A stretch of 64,000 nucleotides of DNA, taken from positions 9,517 through 73,516 of IMG/VR virus record IMGVR_UViG_3300035698_014029; one strand, given 5' to 3'. Source of the DNA: a virus. The notes under the pieces are model-generated. The model did no database searches. It was not told the origin of the DNA and saw only the letters and a list, made by a program, of their open reading frames with translations. Positions 31,421 through 39,638 of this stretch are shown here, piece after piece (positions within the stretch are counted from its first letter, which is position 1; each line of letters starts with the position of its first letter). The position numbers and the translations under genes were made by a program.

Positions 31421-31434
31421 ATAATAATAAAAAA

Positions 31435-31647
31435 ATGGATGATAGATATTTAGTAATTAATTTAACATTAACTAAACTTACTATTTTTATTAATGAAAAT
31501 TTTGTTAAAAAAAGTGGAAATAAGTTTAGAATAGCAGATACACAAGGTTATATAAAAAGAGGATATTTACCTACTTATTTAGGAGGTAATTCTATTCAGA
31601 AAAATGATGATATTCCAGGTGTAAGTTTATATAATATTGAAAAATAA
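31435..31647 (+). CDS. Hypothetical protein
   Basis: YIKRGYLP.YLGG motif. Confidence 0.6.
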   Translation: MDDRYLVINLTLTKLTIFINENFVKKSGNKFRIADTQGYIKRGYLPTYLGGNSIQKNDDIPGVSLYNIEK

Positions 31648-31652
31648 AAATT

Positions 31653-32309
31653 ATGGCGAAATTGCAGGCTCCGTACATTATTGTAGCAGATACAGAATCA
31701 GGAGGTTTACCGAGTAAGACCAAATTAGCTTTTCATAATATAGCTTTAGTAGAAATAGCTGCTGTAGTTATTGATGTAGCAAAATTAGAAATAGTTGAAA
31801 AAGCTAGTTGGTTAATAAAACCTTATCAAGATGATTTGATATATTCAGAAGGTGCTTTTAATGTACATGGTATATCTAAAGAAATGTTAGAAGAAAAAGG
31901 TGAAGATTTAAAAGATGTTTATAAATATTTTAAAGACATTCTTAAAAAATATAAATCTGGTAGATGGTTGCCTGTATTAGCTGGACATAATTTTGAAAAA
32001 TTTGATATTCCTTTTATACAAGGGATGTTTGGAACATTTAAAGACGATGTGTATGAATATATACAAGGAATAGAAGAAACATTAAGATGGTCTTCTTATA
32101 AATGGAAAGAATCTACTAATTATAAATTAGGAACAGTTTGTGCTAATATGGGTGTTGAATTAACAGAAGCTCACAGAGCTTTAAGAGATACAGAAGCAAA
32201 TGCTGAACTTATGATTAAGTTTATACAATTATTAAGAAACGAAACTATTCAAAAAGAAGATAGGTTTCGAGATAAATTTAAAATGGATGCTAAATTTGAT
32301 AAATTTTAA
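31653..32309 (+). CDS. DEDDh 3'-5' exonuclease (DnaQ/epsilon-like)
   Basis: ADTESGGL, AGHN..FD, AHRALRD. Confidence 0.9.
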   Translation: MAKLQAPYIIVADTESGGLPSKTKLAFHNIALVEIAAVVIDVAKLEIVEKASWLIKPYQDDLIYSEGAFNVHGISKEMLEEKGEDLKDVYKYFKDILKKYKSGRWLPVLAGHNFEKFDIPFIQGMFGTFKDDVYEYIQGIEETLRWSSYKWKESTNYKLGTVCANMGVELTEAHRALRDTEANAELMIKFIQLLRNETIQKEDRFRDKFKMDAKFDKF

Positions 32310-33973
32310 TGAGTAGAGCTAGTTTAAATTATAAACAGCTAACCCAAGTTCATGAAGTAACAAATAGAATCATAAATTCCTTACCGGATAAAACCTTAAA
32401 TCAAGTATTAGATTCATATGATAGAGATTTAAAGGAATTTGTAGATGATTTATATAAAACAGTTTATAAAGTATTACGATTAAATCATTATTCTCCTAAG
32501 ACTAATTATTCTTATTTAGATGGTTTAGAAGAAACAATAGATGAAGTTTTAAAGAAAACTAATTATAATTATTTTAAAACTGTTTGCTTACCTGAATTTG
32601 AACAAAGCTGGCGAAATATAGAATGGGGAAATCTTGTAATGCTTTATGATTATTTAGTCATAATTGCTTCAAGATCAAGTGGTAAATCATATGAATTTGG
32701 TAAAAAAGCATATCCTTTATGGAGAATGTATCGATATGATAATCCTTCTACATTAGCTCCAGGTGTTACTAAAAGAGAAAATCAATTAAATAAATGGGGT
32801 GTATTAATGTCAAATACTATGACATTAACTAAAAAACTTCTAGAAGAGCTTGTAGAAGAGATTAGAATGAATGATTTAGTTGGTTATAAACTTAGACCAG
32901 ATCATCTTTCTGATTTAGGTAAAGAAAGTATGAGGTCTAAAAATGGTTGTATAATTGATTTAAGAACTAAAGATGCAGGACCAAGGGGATTACACCCTGG
33001 ATGGATAGCAATGGATGATATTTTAGATAAATCAGTTATATATTCTAAAGAACAAAGAGAAAAGTTACGAACAGAGCTGTTTTATGCTGAAACTTTACCT
33101 GCGTTAGAGCCTGGAGGTCAGATGATTGTCTCGGGGACCCCATTTTCCTCTGACGATTTATATTATTATTTAAAACAAGATAAAAGATTTAGAGTATTCG
33201 AATACCCAGCTATATATCCAGATGGTAAATTATTAGCACCGGAAAGACTTTCTTATAAAAGACTGATGGAAGAAAAAGAATCTTTAGGATCTCTTATTTT
33301 TTCTAGAGAGTATTTAGTAAAGCCAATATCAGATGCAGCATCTATTTTCCCTTGGGAATTTTTAAGAAAATGTTACAATTCAGATTTAGGATTAGTAGAG
33401 AATATAGAATCATTTCCTATTAAATTAAAAAGAGTAGTAGTTGGTTGTGACTTTGCTATATCAGCAAATATTGGAGCAGATTACAGTGTGTTTACAGTTT
33501 GGGGTTTAAGTGAAGATAATAAATTTTATCTTTTACATATGTTTAGGGATAAAGGGTTAAGTGCAGAAAGACAAGTAGCTCAAATTATTAATATTAATAG
33601 TAGATTTAAACCTAATATTATTGTAGCTGAGGATAATGGTTTCCAAAGAACAATTATTGAAATGGTAAGGTCTCGTGGAGTTAAAAACATACAAGGATTT
33701 ACTACTGTATCTAATATTAAGAAAGATTTATATTCTGGATTACCTAGTTTAGCAGCTCTATTTGAAAGAAGAGATATAGTACTTCCAACAGGAGATGAAA
33801 AGAGTAAAAGAGCTATAGAAACTATGTGTGGAGAATTTAATTCAATTACTTTTATTGAAGAAACTTCGAAACTTGAGTCGGTATCAGGTAAGGATGATTG
33901 TGCTATGTCTTCATTTTTTGCCTTATATAATCTAAGAGAAAAATCTAATTCATTAAAAATTCATTATATATAA
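32309..33973 (+). CDS. Terminase large subunit
   Basis: ASRSSGKS Walker A, MDD Walker B, GTP motif III, nuclease GCDFA...DYS...DDCAMS. Confidence 0.9.
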   Translation: MSRASLNYKQLTQVHEVTNRIINSLPDKTLNQVLDSYDRDLKEFVDDLYKTVYKVLRLNHYSPKTNYSYLDGLEETIDEVLKKTNYNYFKTVCLPEFEQSWRNIEWGNLVMLYDYLVIIASRSSGKSYEFGKKAYPLWRMYRYDNPSTLAPGVTKRENQLNKWGVLMSNTMTLTKKLLEELVEEIRMNDLVGYKLRPDHLSDLGKESMRSKNGCIIDLRTKDAGPRGLHPGWIAMDDILDKSVIYSKEQREKLRTELFYAETLPALEPGGQMIVSGTPFSSDDLYYYLKQDKRFRVFEYPAIYPDGKLLAPERLSYKRLMEEKESLGSLIFSREYLVKPISDAASIFPWEFLRKCYNSDLGLVENIESFPIKLKRVVVGCDFAISANIGADYSVFTVWGLSEDNKFYLLHMFRDKGLSAERQVAQIININSRFKPNIIVAEDNGFQRTIIEMVRSRGVKNIQGFTTVSNIKKDLYSGLPSLAALFERRDIVLPTGDEKSKRAIETMCGEFNSITFIEETSKLESVSGKDDCAMSSFFALYNLREKSNSLKIHYI

Positions 33974-33986
33974 ATAAAAATTTGGT

Positions 33987-35735
33987 ATGATAAAATTTAA
34001 AAATGTAGTAAGTTTATTTGATGGACATAGTGGAGGAAGGATTGCATTAGATATTCAAGGTATAAAATATGAGAATTATTATTCTAGTGAAATAGATAAA
34101 TATGCAATACAGGCTTCTGATGCTGTTTTCCCAGATAATATAAAACTTGGGAATGTTATTAAATTACGAAGATATTTAGAAAAGCCATATTTATTTGAAA
34201 GAATGTATAATTGTTCTTTTGTAAAAAAAGAGAATAAACAATTAATATTACATTGTACTGATTTATTATTAGACGGAGTAGATTTATTAATGGGAGGTTC
34301 TCCTTGTACTGGATTTTCATTTGCAGGTAAACAATTAAATTTTAATGATTCGCAAAGTAAATTGTTTTTTGAATTTATTAAAATAAAAAATATTTTAAAC
34401 CCTAGGCTTTTTCTTCTTGAAAATGTAAGGATGAAAAAGGAATATTATGAAGCTATTTCTAAATACGTAGGAGTTGAAGCAATAAAAGATGAAAAAGGTA
34501 AACCTTATATTAATTCTGCTTTAGTAAGTGCTCAAAACAGGATGAGATCGTATTGGACTAATATTGAGGGAGTTAAACAGCCAGAAGATAGAGGTATTTT
34601 ATTAAAAGATATTTTAGAAGATGAAAATTCTATAGATGAAAAATATTACATAAAAGGAGTTAAGTTTGATAAATTCTTAAGTGAATTAAAAGGGAGATAT
34701 CTTAAGTTAAATAAAAAAGGTAATTTAAAGCAGAATCAAGATAAGGCTTCTACTTTAACTGGGGGAGGTCATTCAGGGGGCAATCATTCAGATATGGATA
34801 TTCTTCTTGTTGATTACTCACATCAAAATGAAGGGTTGCGTTTTTATGAAGGGAAAGCCCCTACTTTAAATGCTAGAGACTATAAAGAGCCTAGATGTAT
34901 TTGTGTAGCACAAAGAGGTCGAAATATAGTTGATGGGAAAAGAAAGGATTATAATGGAGCCCCAACTGAACAACGATTAGAGCCAAATCTTGACGGCAAA
35001 ACAAACTGCTTAACTACCGTAGGTAAAGATAATTTAGTATTAATATCTAATTCTAAAAAAAATACAATTACAGATAAATCTATATATTATGAAAAGGATA
35101 CAAGAACCCTTACGATATTGCAAGAATTGCAAGAAATTATTAGAGAGGAAAAGAATGGGGAATGGGCGGTGGCAATCTATGCACGATTTTTTAAGGATGA
35201 CCTACTGTTCAAAAGAATGTATGAAAGTTTCATTTTCAAAGAACAAAAAGGATGTAGTTACAGAGAGGACGAGCAGAGAGAGGGCACAAAAAATGATAAA
35301 GCCGTCTCTATGTGTGAAATGCAAAGTGAAGAATGGACTGGACGTCCATCATATAGATATGAATCCTCTAAACAATTCATTAAACAACTTGCAGAGGTTA
35401 TGTCGGAGCTGTCACTTGAAGATTCACAGACCGAAAAAAATATGTACCGTTTGTGGAAAACCACAAAAAGGGTTAGGTTATTGCGAAAAGCATTATCAAC
35501 GATTCAAGAAATATGGAGACCCATTAAAATTGAAACAGAAGAAATCAACATAGATAAAAATAGTTATAAACTAAGAAGGTTAACAGTAAGAGAATGTGGT
35601 CGTTTACAGACCATTCCTGAACCTATTTTAGATAAAATTTTAGCAAGTGGAGTATCAAATAGTCAACTTTACAAAATATTTGGAAATGGTTGGAATGTAG
35701 AAACAATAGCTCATATATTTAGTTTTATAAAATAA
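33987..35735 (+). CDS. C5-cytosine DNA methyltransferase with long variable region
   Basis: SLFDG (I), GGSPC (IV), ENV (VI), QNR.R (VIII), RRLT..EC.RLQ (IX), GNGW (X). Confidence 0.9.
   Translation: MIKFKNVVSLFDGHSGGRIALDIQGIKYENYYSSEIDKYAIQASDAVFPDNIKLGNVIKLRRYLEKPYLFERMYNCSFVKKENKQLILHCTDLLLDGVDLLMGGSPCTGFSFAGKQLNFNDSQSKLFFEFIKIKNILNPRLFLLENVRMKKEYYEAISKYVGVEAIKDEKGKPYINSALVSAQNRMRSYWTNIEGVKQPEDRGILLKDILEDENSIDEKYYIKGVKFDKFLSELKGRYLKLNKKGNLKQNQDKASTLTGGGHSGGNHSDMDILLVDYSHQNEGLRFYEGKAPTLNARDYKEPRCICVAQRGRNIVDGKRKDYNGAPTEQRLEPNLDGKTNCLTTVGKDNLVLISNSKKNTITDKSIYYEKDTRTLTILQELQEIIREEKNGEWAVAIYARFFKDDLLFKRMYESFIFKEQKGCSYREDEQREGTKNDKAVSMCEMQSEEWTGRPSYRYESSKQFIKQLAEVMSELSLEDSQTEKNMYRLWKTTKRVRLLRKALSTIQEIWRPIKIETEEINIDKNSYKLRRLTVRECGRLQTIPEPILDKILASGVSNSQLYKIFGNGWNVETIAHIFSFIK
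35089..35553 (+). CDS. HNH endonuclease overprinted in the +1 frame inside the methyltransferase gene
   Basis: HHIDMNPLNNSLNNLQRLCRSCHLKIH plus CxxC fingers and C-terminal C..C...YC.KHY.R...YGDP. Confidence 0.8.
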   Translation: MKRIQEPLRYCKNCKKLLERKRMGNGRWQSMHDFLRMTYCSKECMKVSFSKNKKDVVTERTSRERAQKMIKPSLCVKCKVKNGLDVHHIDMNPLNNSLNNLQRLCRSCHLKIHRPKKICTVCGKPQKGLGYCEKHYQRFKKYGDPLKLKQKKST

Positions 35736-35744
35736 AAATTTGGT

Positions 35745-37106
35745 ATGGATCAATATTTAACTGATAAATTTTTACAAGAATTATTTAAACTTTGTTTTGT
35801 AAAAAAAAGTATTTTAGATATAGTTAGTGTTAATTTAAAATACGAATATATTCCTAATGAACTAATGAGTTATAAAAAAATACTCAAATCATTAGTTAAT
35901 CATTATAAAAAATTAGGAACATCTCCATCTATAGGTTATGTAAGTAATGAAATAAGAGGAGATGATAATGTTCAAAGAATTTTAAGTGAAATACAAGAAT
36001 GTGAACTTGTAAATTCAGATGAAACGTTAAGTGCTTTAGAAACCTTTATAAGGCACGTTAAGTTTGAAATACTTCATACAAGGGTAGCAGAAACCTTTAA
36101 CAATGGGAATCAAAATGATGCTATTAAAACATTAGCAGAAGAAAGCCAAGAAATTAATGATTTCTCTATATTAAAAAATACAAATGCTTTTACAAATGTA
36201 ATGGAAGGGTTCTGGGATGACTTAGAACAAATAAATAATGACGAAAATACAGTATTCCATGAAAAAGTTCCATTCGGCATAGACCCATTAGATGATATTA
36301 CTTATGGAGGATTAGATAAAGGAGACACTGCTTTATGGATTATGCCATCAGGAGTAGGTAAATCTACAGCTTTAAGATATACTGGTATGTGGGCTGCTAA
36401 GTTAGGATATGGAGTTTTACATGTTCAACTGGAAGGAAGTAAAAGAGAAGCTAAGAAAAAATATAATCAAATTTGGACAGGATTAAAATACAATGAAATA
36501 AGTACTGGTAAAATAAGTGAAGAAAAACTTGAAAAGATAAAAAAATCTTATAATAAATTTAAAATTAGAAATAGAGATGTTCAATTATATTCTTTTGAAC
36601 AATTTGAAGAAGCCTCTATGAAAGATATTAGAGATTTAATTTTAAAATATTTTAAGCAATTTGGTAAAATACCTGATTTATTAATAATTGATTATTTAGA
36701 ACTTGTAAATCCTGGAGATGGTTTTAGATATAATCCTACTGATCCTGCAGCTATAAAAGCTAAATTAACAGGGAATGCTCGAAGAATGAAGAATTTATGT
36801 TTAGAGTTTCCAGAATTAAGAGTTTTAACTGCTACTCAAACAAGTAGTGCTCCTTGGACTAAATCTGATGAAACAAAAGTTATTACTAGACATGATACTA
36901 AAGGAGATAAGAATTTAGTTGATGCATTTTCCTATGTATTTACTGGAAATCAAACTGATACAGAGTATAAGAATAGAATAATGCGTATTTATATAGATAA
37001 ACTTAGAAATTATAAAGCTAAACAGATTGTAAAAATAGCTACAGAATACGATACAGGAATGCTTTATGATCGAAGAAGAAGTATAGCTATTAATAAAGCA
37101 GCATAA
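35745..37106 (+). CDS. Replicative helicase (DnaB family)
   Basis: MPSGVGKS, QLEG, IIDYLE, TATQ, KLRN. Confidence 0.9.
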   Translation: MDQYLTDKFLQELFKLCFVKKSILDIVSVNLKYEYIPNELMSYKKILKSLVNHYKKLGTSPSIGYVSNEIRGDDNVQRILSEIQECELVNSDETLSALETFIRHVKFEILHTRVAETFNNGNQNDAIKTLAEESQEINDFSILKNTNAFTNVMEGFWDDLEQINNDENTVFHEKVPFGIDPLDDITYGGLDKGDTALWIMPSGVGKSTALRYTGMWAAKLGYGVLHVQLEGSKREAKKKYNQIWTGLKYNEISTGKISEEKLEKIKKSYNKFKIRNRDVQLYSFEQFEEASMKDIRDLILKYFKQFGKIPDLLIIDYLELVNPGDGFRYNPTDPAAIKAKLTGNARRMKNLCLEFPELRVLTATQTSSAPWTKSDETKVITRHDTKGDKNLVDAFSYVFTGNQTDTEYKNRIMRIYIDKLRNYKAKQIVKIATEYDTGMLYDRRRSIAINKAA

Positions 37107-37107
37107 T

Positions 37108-38100
37108 ATGGATAAGAACAAAATCATAAAAGAATTAGGTTTAAGAATGATTGGTTCTAAGGGATGGTACAATAATAAAAACTTATTATGTCCTAAGTGT
37201 GGTAAAAATGGTGGGAAATTTAATATATTATTTACAGGAACAGGAGGAGCAATTGTTAATTGTTTTAAATGTAAATACAAATCTTCTATATATGAATTAT
37301 TACAATCAATAGATAGATTAGATTTATATTCTAAAGAGAGTACTGTTGAAATTAAAAATAGATTAGATACTCCGTTCATTAAAATCAAAGATAAAGACGA
37401 AATTAAGACTATTCCTTCAATAAAAAAGCCTTTAGGGTATATTCCTATAAAAACAAAGGATGTTTACTTAAATGGTCGTAAATTCATGAAAGAACACTAT
37501 GATTTATTTAAACCCGGTTATAGTGGAATAGCTCCTAAAATTACAAAAGATCATATTATATTTCTAATATATCAAAATCATGAGTTAGTAAGTTGGTTAG
37601 CAAGAAGTAAAAGAAGTAAAGAATGGCATAAAAATAATCTTGAAAAATATAAAGAAGATAAAGAAAGTTTAGTATTAAGATATTATAATTATACAGGAAC
37701 TTCTCTTTCTCATATGTTAGGTGGTTATGACGAAATAACTCCATTAACAGATACATTAATATTAGTAGAAGGTTTATTTGATAAAACATCTGTAGATTAT
37801 GAATGGCAGTTATATAAACAGGATAAAGTAAAATGTTGTTTTACATTTGGAGATAGTTTAAGTATAGAACAAGTAGATTTAATAAAACAAACAAATATTA
37901 AGAATGTAATACTGTTCTATGACTACAATACGATTAAAGAAAGTAAATCTGCAAGTATGAAACTTTTAGATAATGGTTTGATGGTTAAAGTGGCAGAAAT
38001 TAAAAATGATACAGATCCCGGAGAAATGATTTTAGAAGAAATGTCTGAAATATTTTCTGATTTGAAAGATTCTTTGTATTTTTATGCAAATAAAGTTTGA
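37108..38100 (+). CDS. DNA primase
   Basis: CPKC...CFKC zinc finger; TOPRIM LVEGLFD, FYD, DPG. Confidence 0.85.
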   Translation: MDKNKIIKELGLRMIGSKGWYNNKNLLCPKCGKNGGKFNILFTGTGGAIVNCFKCKYKSSIYELLQSIDRLDLYSKESTVEIKNRLDTPFIKIKDKDEIKTIPSIKKPLGYIPIKTKDVYLNGRKFMKEHYDLFKPGYSGIAPKITKDHIIFLIYQNHELVSWLARSKRSKEWHKNNLEKYKEDKESLVLRYYNYTGTSLSHMLGGYDEITPLTDTLILVEGLFDKTSVDYEWQLYKQDKVKCCFTFGDSLSIEQVDLIKQTNIKNVILFYDYNTIKESKSASMKLLDNGLMVKVAEIKNDTDPGEMILEEMSEIFSDLKDSLYFYANKV

Positions 38101-38134
38101 TATTTGGTATTTTAAAGTTTGTAATTAGTTTAAA

Positions 38135-38641
38135 ATGATTGATAGAACAAATCCGAATGGGAAGATAAAAACAAGAGAAATTTCTTTCCCAGACTACTTC
38201 ACTAGAAAACAAATTGAATGGATAAGTTATAAGTTTCGAGAAAAAATTTATGATCGTGAATATGAAAAAGTAAAATTTAACGATATTTGCAATAAGATTA
38301 AGAAAACTATTGATGATATGTGTTTTAAAAACCAAAAGGCATCAATATTTACTTCAGAAACCGTAAAAGAAAAATATTTAAATATGTTTTTCAATGATTT
38401 TGGGATTCCGAACCAACAATATCGCGATGAATATCAACGTAAAGTAAAAGGAATGTGGGATAGGATATATTTCTTTAAAGTAGGATTTCCAGTTAAAATA
38501 AAAGATTCAGATAGAATTGGTAATATTTCAAATTATAATGTTAAGACTGGAGAAGTTATTATAGATCATAATGATGGAAATATTACAAGTATTCATGAAT
38601 CACAAGTAAAAGTAGATAAGGTATTTGATTTATTTGAATAA
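38135..38641 (+). CDS. Hypothetical protein
   Basis: ORF with SH3-like C-terminus. Confidence 0.65.
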   Translation: MIDRTNPNGKIKTREISFPDYFTRKQIEWISYKFREKIYDREYEKVKFNDICNKIKKTIDDMCFKNQKASIFTSETVKEKYLNMFFNDFGIPNQQYRDEYQRKVKGMWDRIYFFKVGFPVKIKDSDRIGNISNYNVKTGEVIIDHNDGNITSIHESQVKVDKVFDLFE

Positions 38642-38726
38642 TAATTTAGAATAAGTATAAATAACGAAATAGGAAGCATAAACTTCCTATTTTTTTGCAA
38701 TATAAGATATAATATTTATATGTTTG
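38642..38726 (+). promoter_or_regulatory. Fur-box-like palindrome, terminator hairpin and Bacteroidota promoter
   Basis: taatttagaa-taa-gtataaataa (38642-64); aaataggaag...cttcctattt with T-run; TTTG(38694)-N21-TATGTTTG. Confidence 0.65.
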
Positions 38727-38734
38727 TAAATAAT

Positions 38735-38992
38735 ATGAAAGAAGTAAAAGCAATAATGAAAGTAGATGCTACTTTCCAAAAACATATATTACATGATGAT
38801 GATATTGAATGGATAAAGAAACACGGATGTACTGTTGAAACTGTTTATAGAACAGTAAAAAAGGGAGAAGAAGTAATATGTGAAGTTTATTCTACACAAA
38901 ATTTTTTCTTAGCTGCTCCTTATTATTCGACAATAACTTCAGATGGATATAATTGTTGTTTAATTACTAATTGTGTTGATTTAAAAAAATAA
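38735..38992 (+). CDS. Hypothetical protein
   Basis: ATG 38735 downstream of the -7 element. Confidence 0.6.
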   Translation: MKEVKAIMKVDATFQKHILHDDDIEWIKKHGCTVETVYRTVKKGEEVICEVYSTQNFFLAAPYYSTITSDGYNCCLITNCVDLKK

Positions 38993-39004
38993 AAAAGAAA
39001 TAAT

Positions 39005-39223
39005 ATGGTACCAATTTTATTTGAATTAGGAATGTTACTTGTTGTTTGTAGTTTAACTCTTAGTGGAGTTAATAGAATATTAAAGAAAGATAAATTAATT
39101 TCTGATTTAATGGATCATATTGAAAGATCAGAAGATTTCTATATAGAAGATGGTGAAGTTGCAAATAAATTTTATAATGCAGCTTTAAATGATATAAAAT
39201 ATTGGATAAATAAAAAAAAATAA
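39005..39223 (+). CDS. Small membrane-anchored protein
   Basis: Hydrophobic N-terminus. Confidence 0.55.
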   Translation: MVPILFELGMLLVVCSLTLSGVNRILKKDKLISDLMDHIERSEDFYIEDGEVANKFYNAALNDIKYWINKKK

Positions 39224-39229
39224 AAAATT

Positions 39230-39361
39230 ATGACATTATTTATAGCTTTTATATTGTTATTTAATATAGATGCTCCTTGGTATATGTATGTAGTTGCAAT
39301 TTTCATATGGGTGTTAAGAACATGGTATTACAATCGACAATTTAATGGTATTAAATATTAG
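39230..39361 (+). CDS. Small membrane protein (43 aa, not in ORF track)
   Basis: MTLFIAFILLFNIDAPWYMYVVAIFIWVLR... Confidence 0.45.
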   Translation: MTLFIAFILLFNIDAPWYMYVVAIFIWVLRTWYYNRQFNGIKY

Positions 39362-39376
39362 AATAATGTTAAAGAA

Positions 39377-39634
39377 ATGATAAAATACACAATTAAATTA
39401 ACTAAAAAACAAGAACAAGTTTTAAATAAAAAATTTATTGCTTGGAATAATCCTTATGGAGTTGAAATATGTCATATAGATTTTAAAAATTATGTGATTA
39501 ATGATGAATTAATAGAAACAAGAAAAGAATTATGTAAACTTGGGATTTTAGAATATTATAAGGTTGATGATACTTTACATTATTATAGATTAACTGGGAT
39601 TGGTAATAAACTTTATTATTTAATAAATAAATAA
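39377..39634 (+). CDS. Hypothetical protein, possible winged helix
   Basis: LCKLGILE...YRLT..G. Confidence 0.55.
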   Translation: MIKYTIKLTKKQEQVLNKKFIAWNNPYGVEICHIDFKNYVINDELIETRKELCKLGILEYYKVDDTLHYYRLTGIGNKLYYLINK

Positions 39635-39638
39635 ATAA

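Noticed and set aside
35040-35570. Group I intron or intein carrying the HNH
   Set aside because: The host frame is open, there is almost no non-HNH sequence for a ribozyme core, and there are no C...HN splice junctions.
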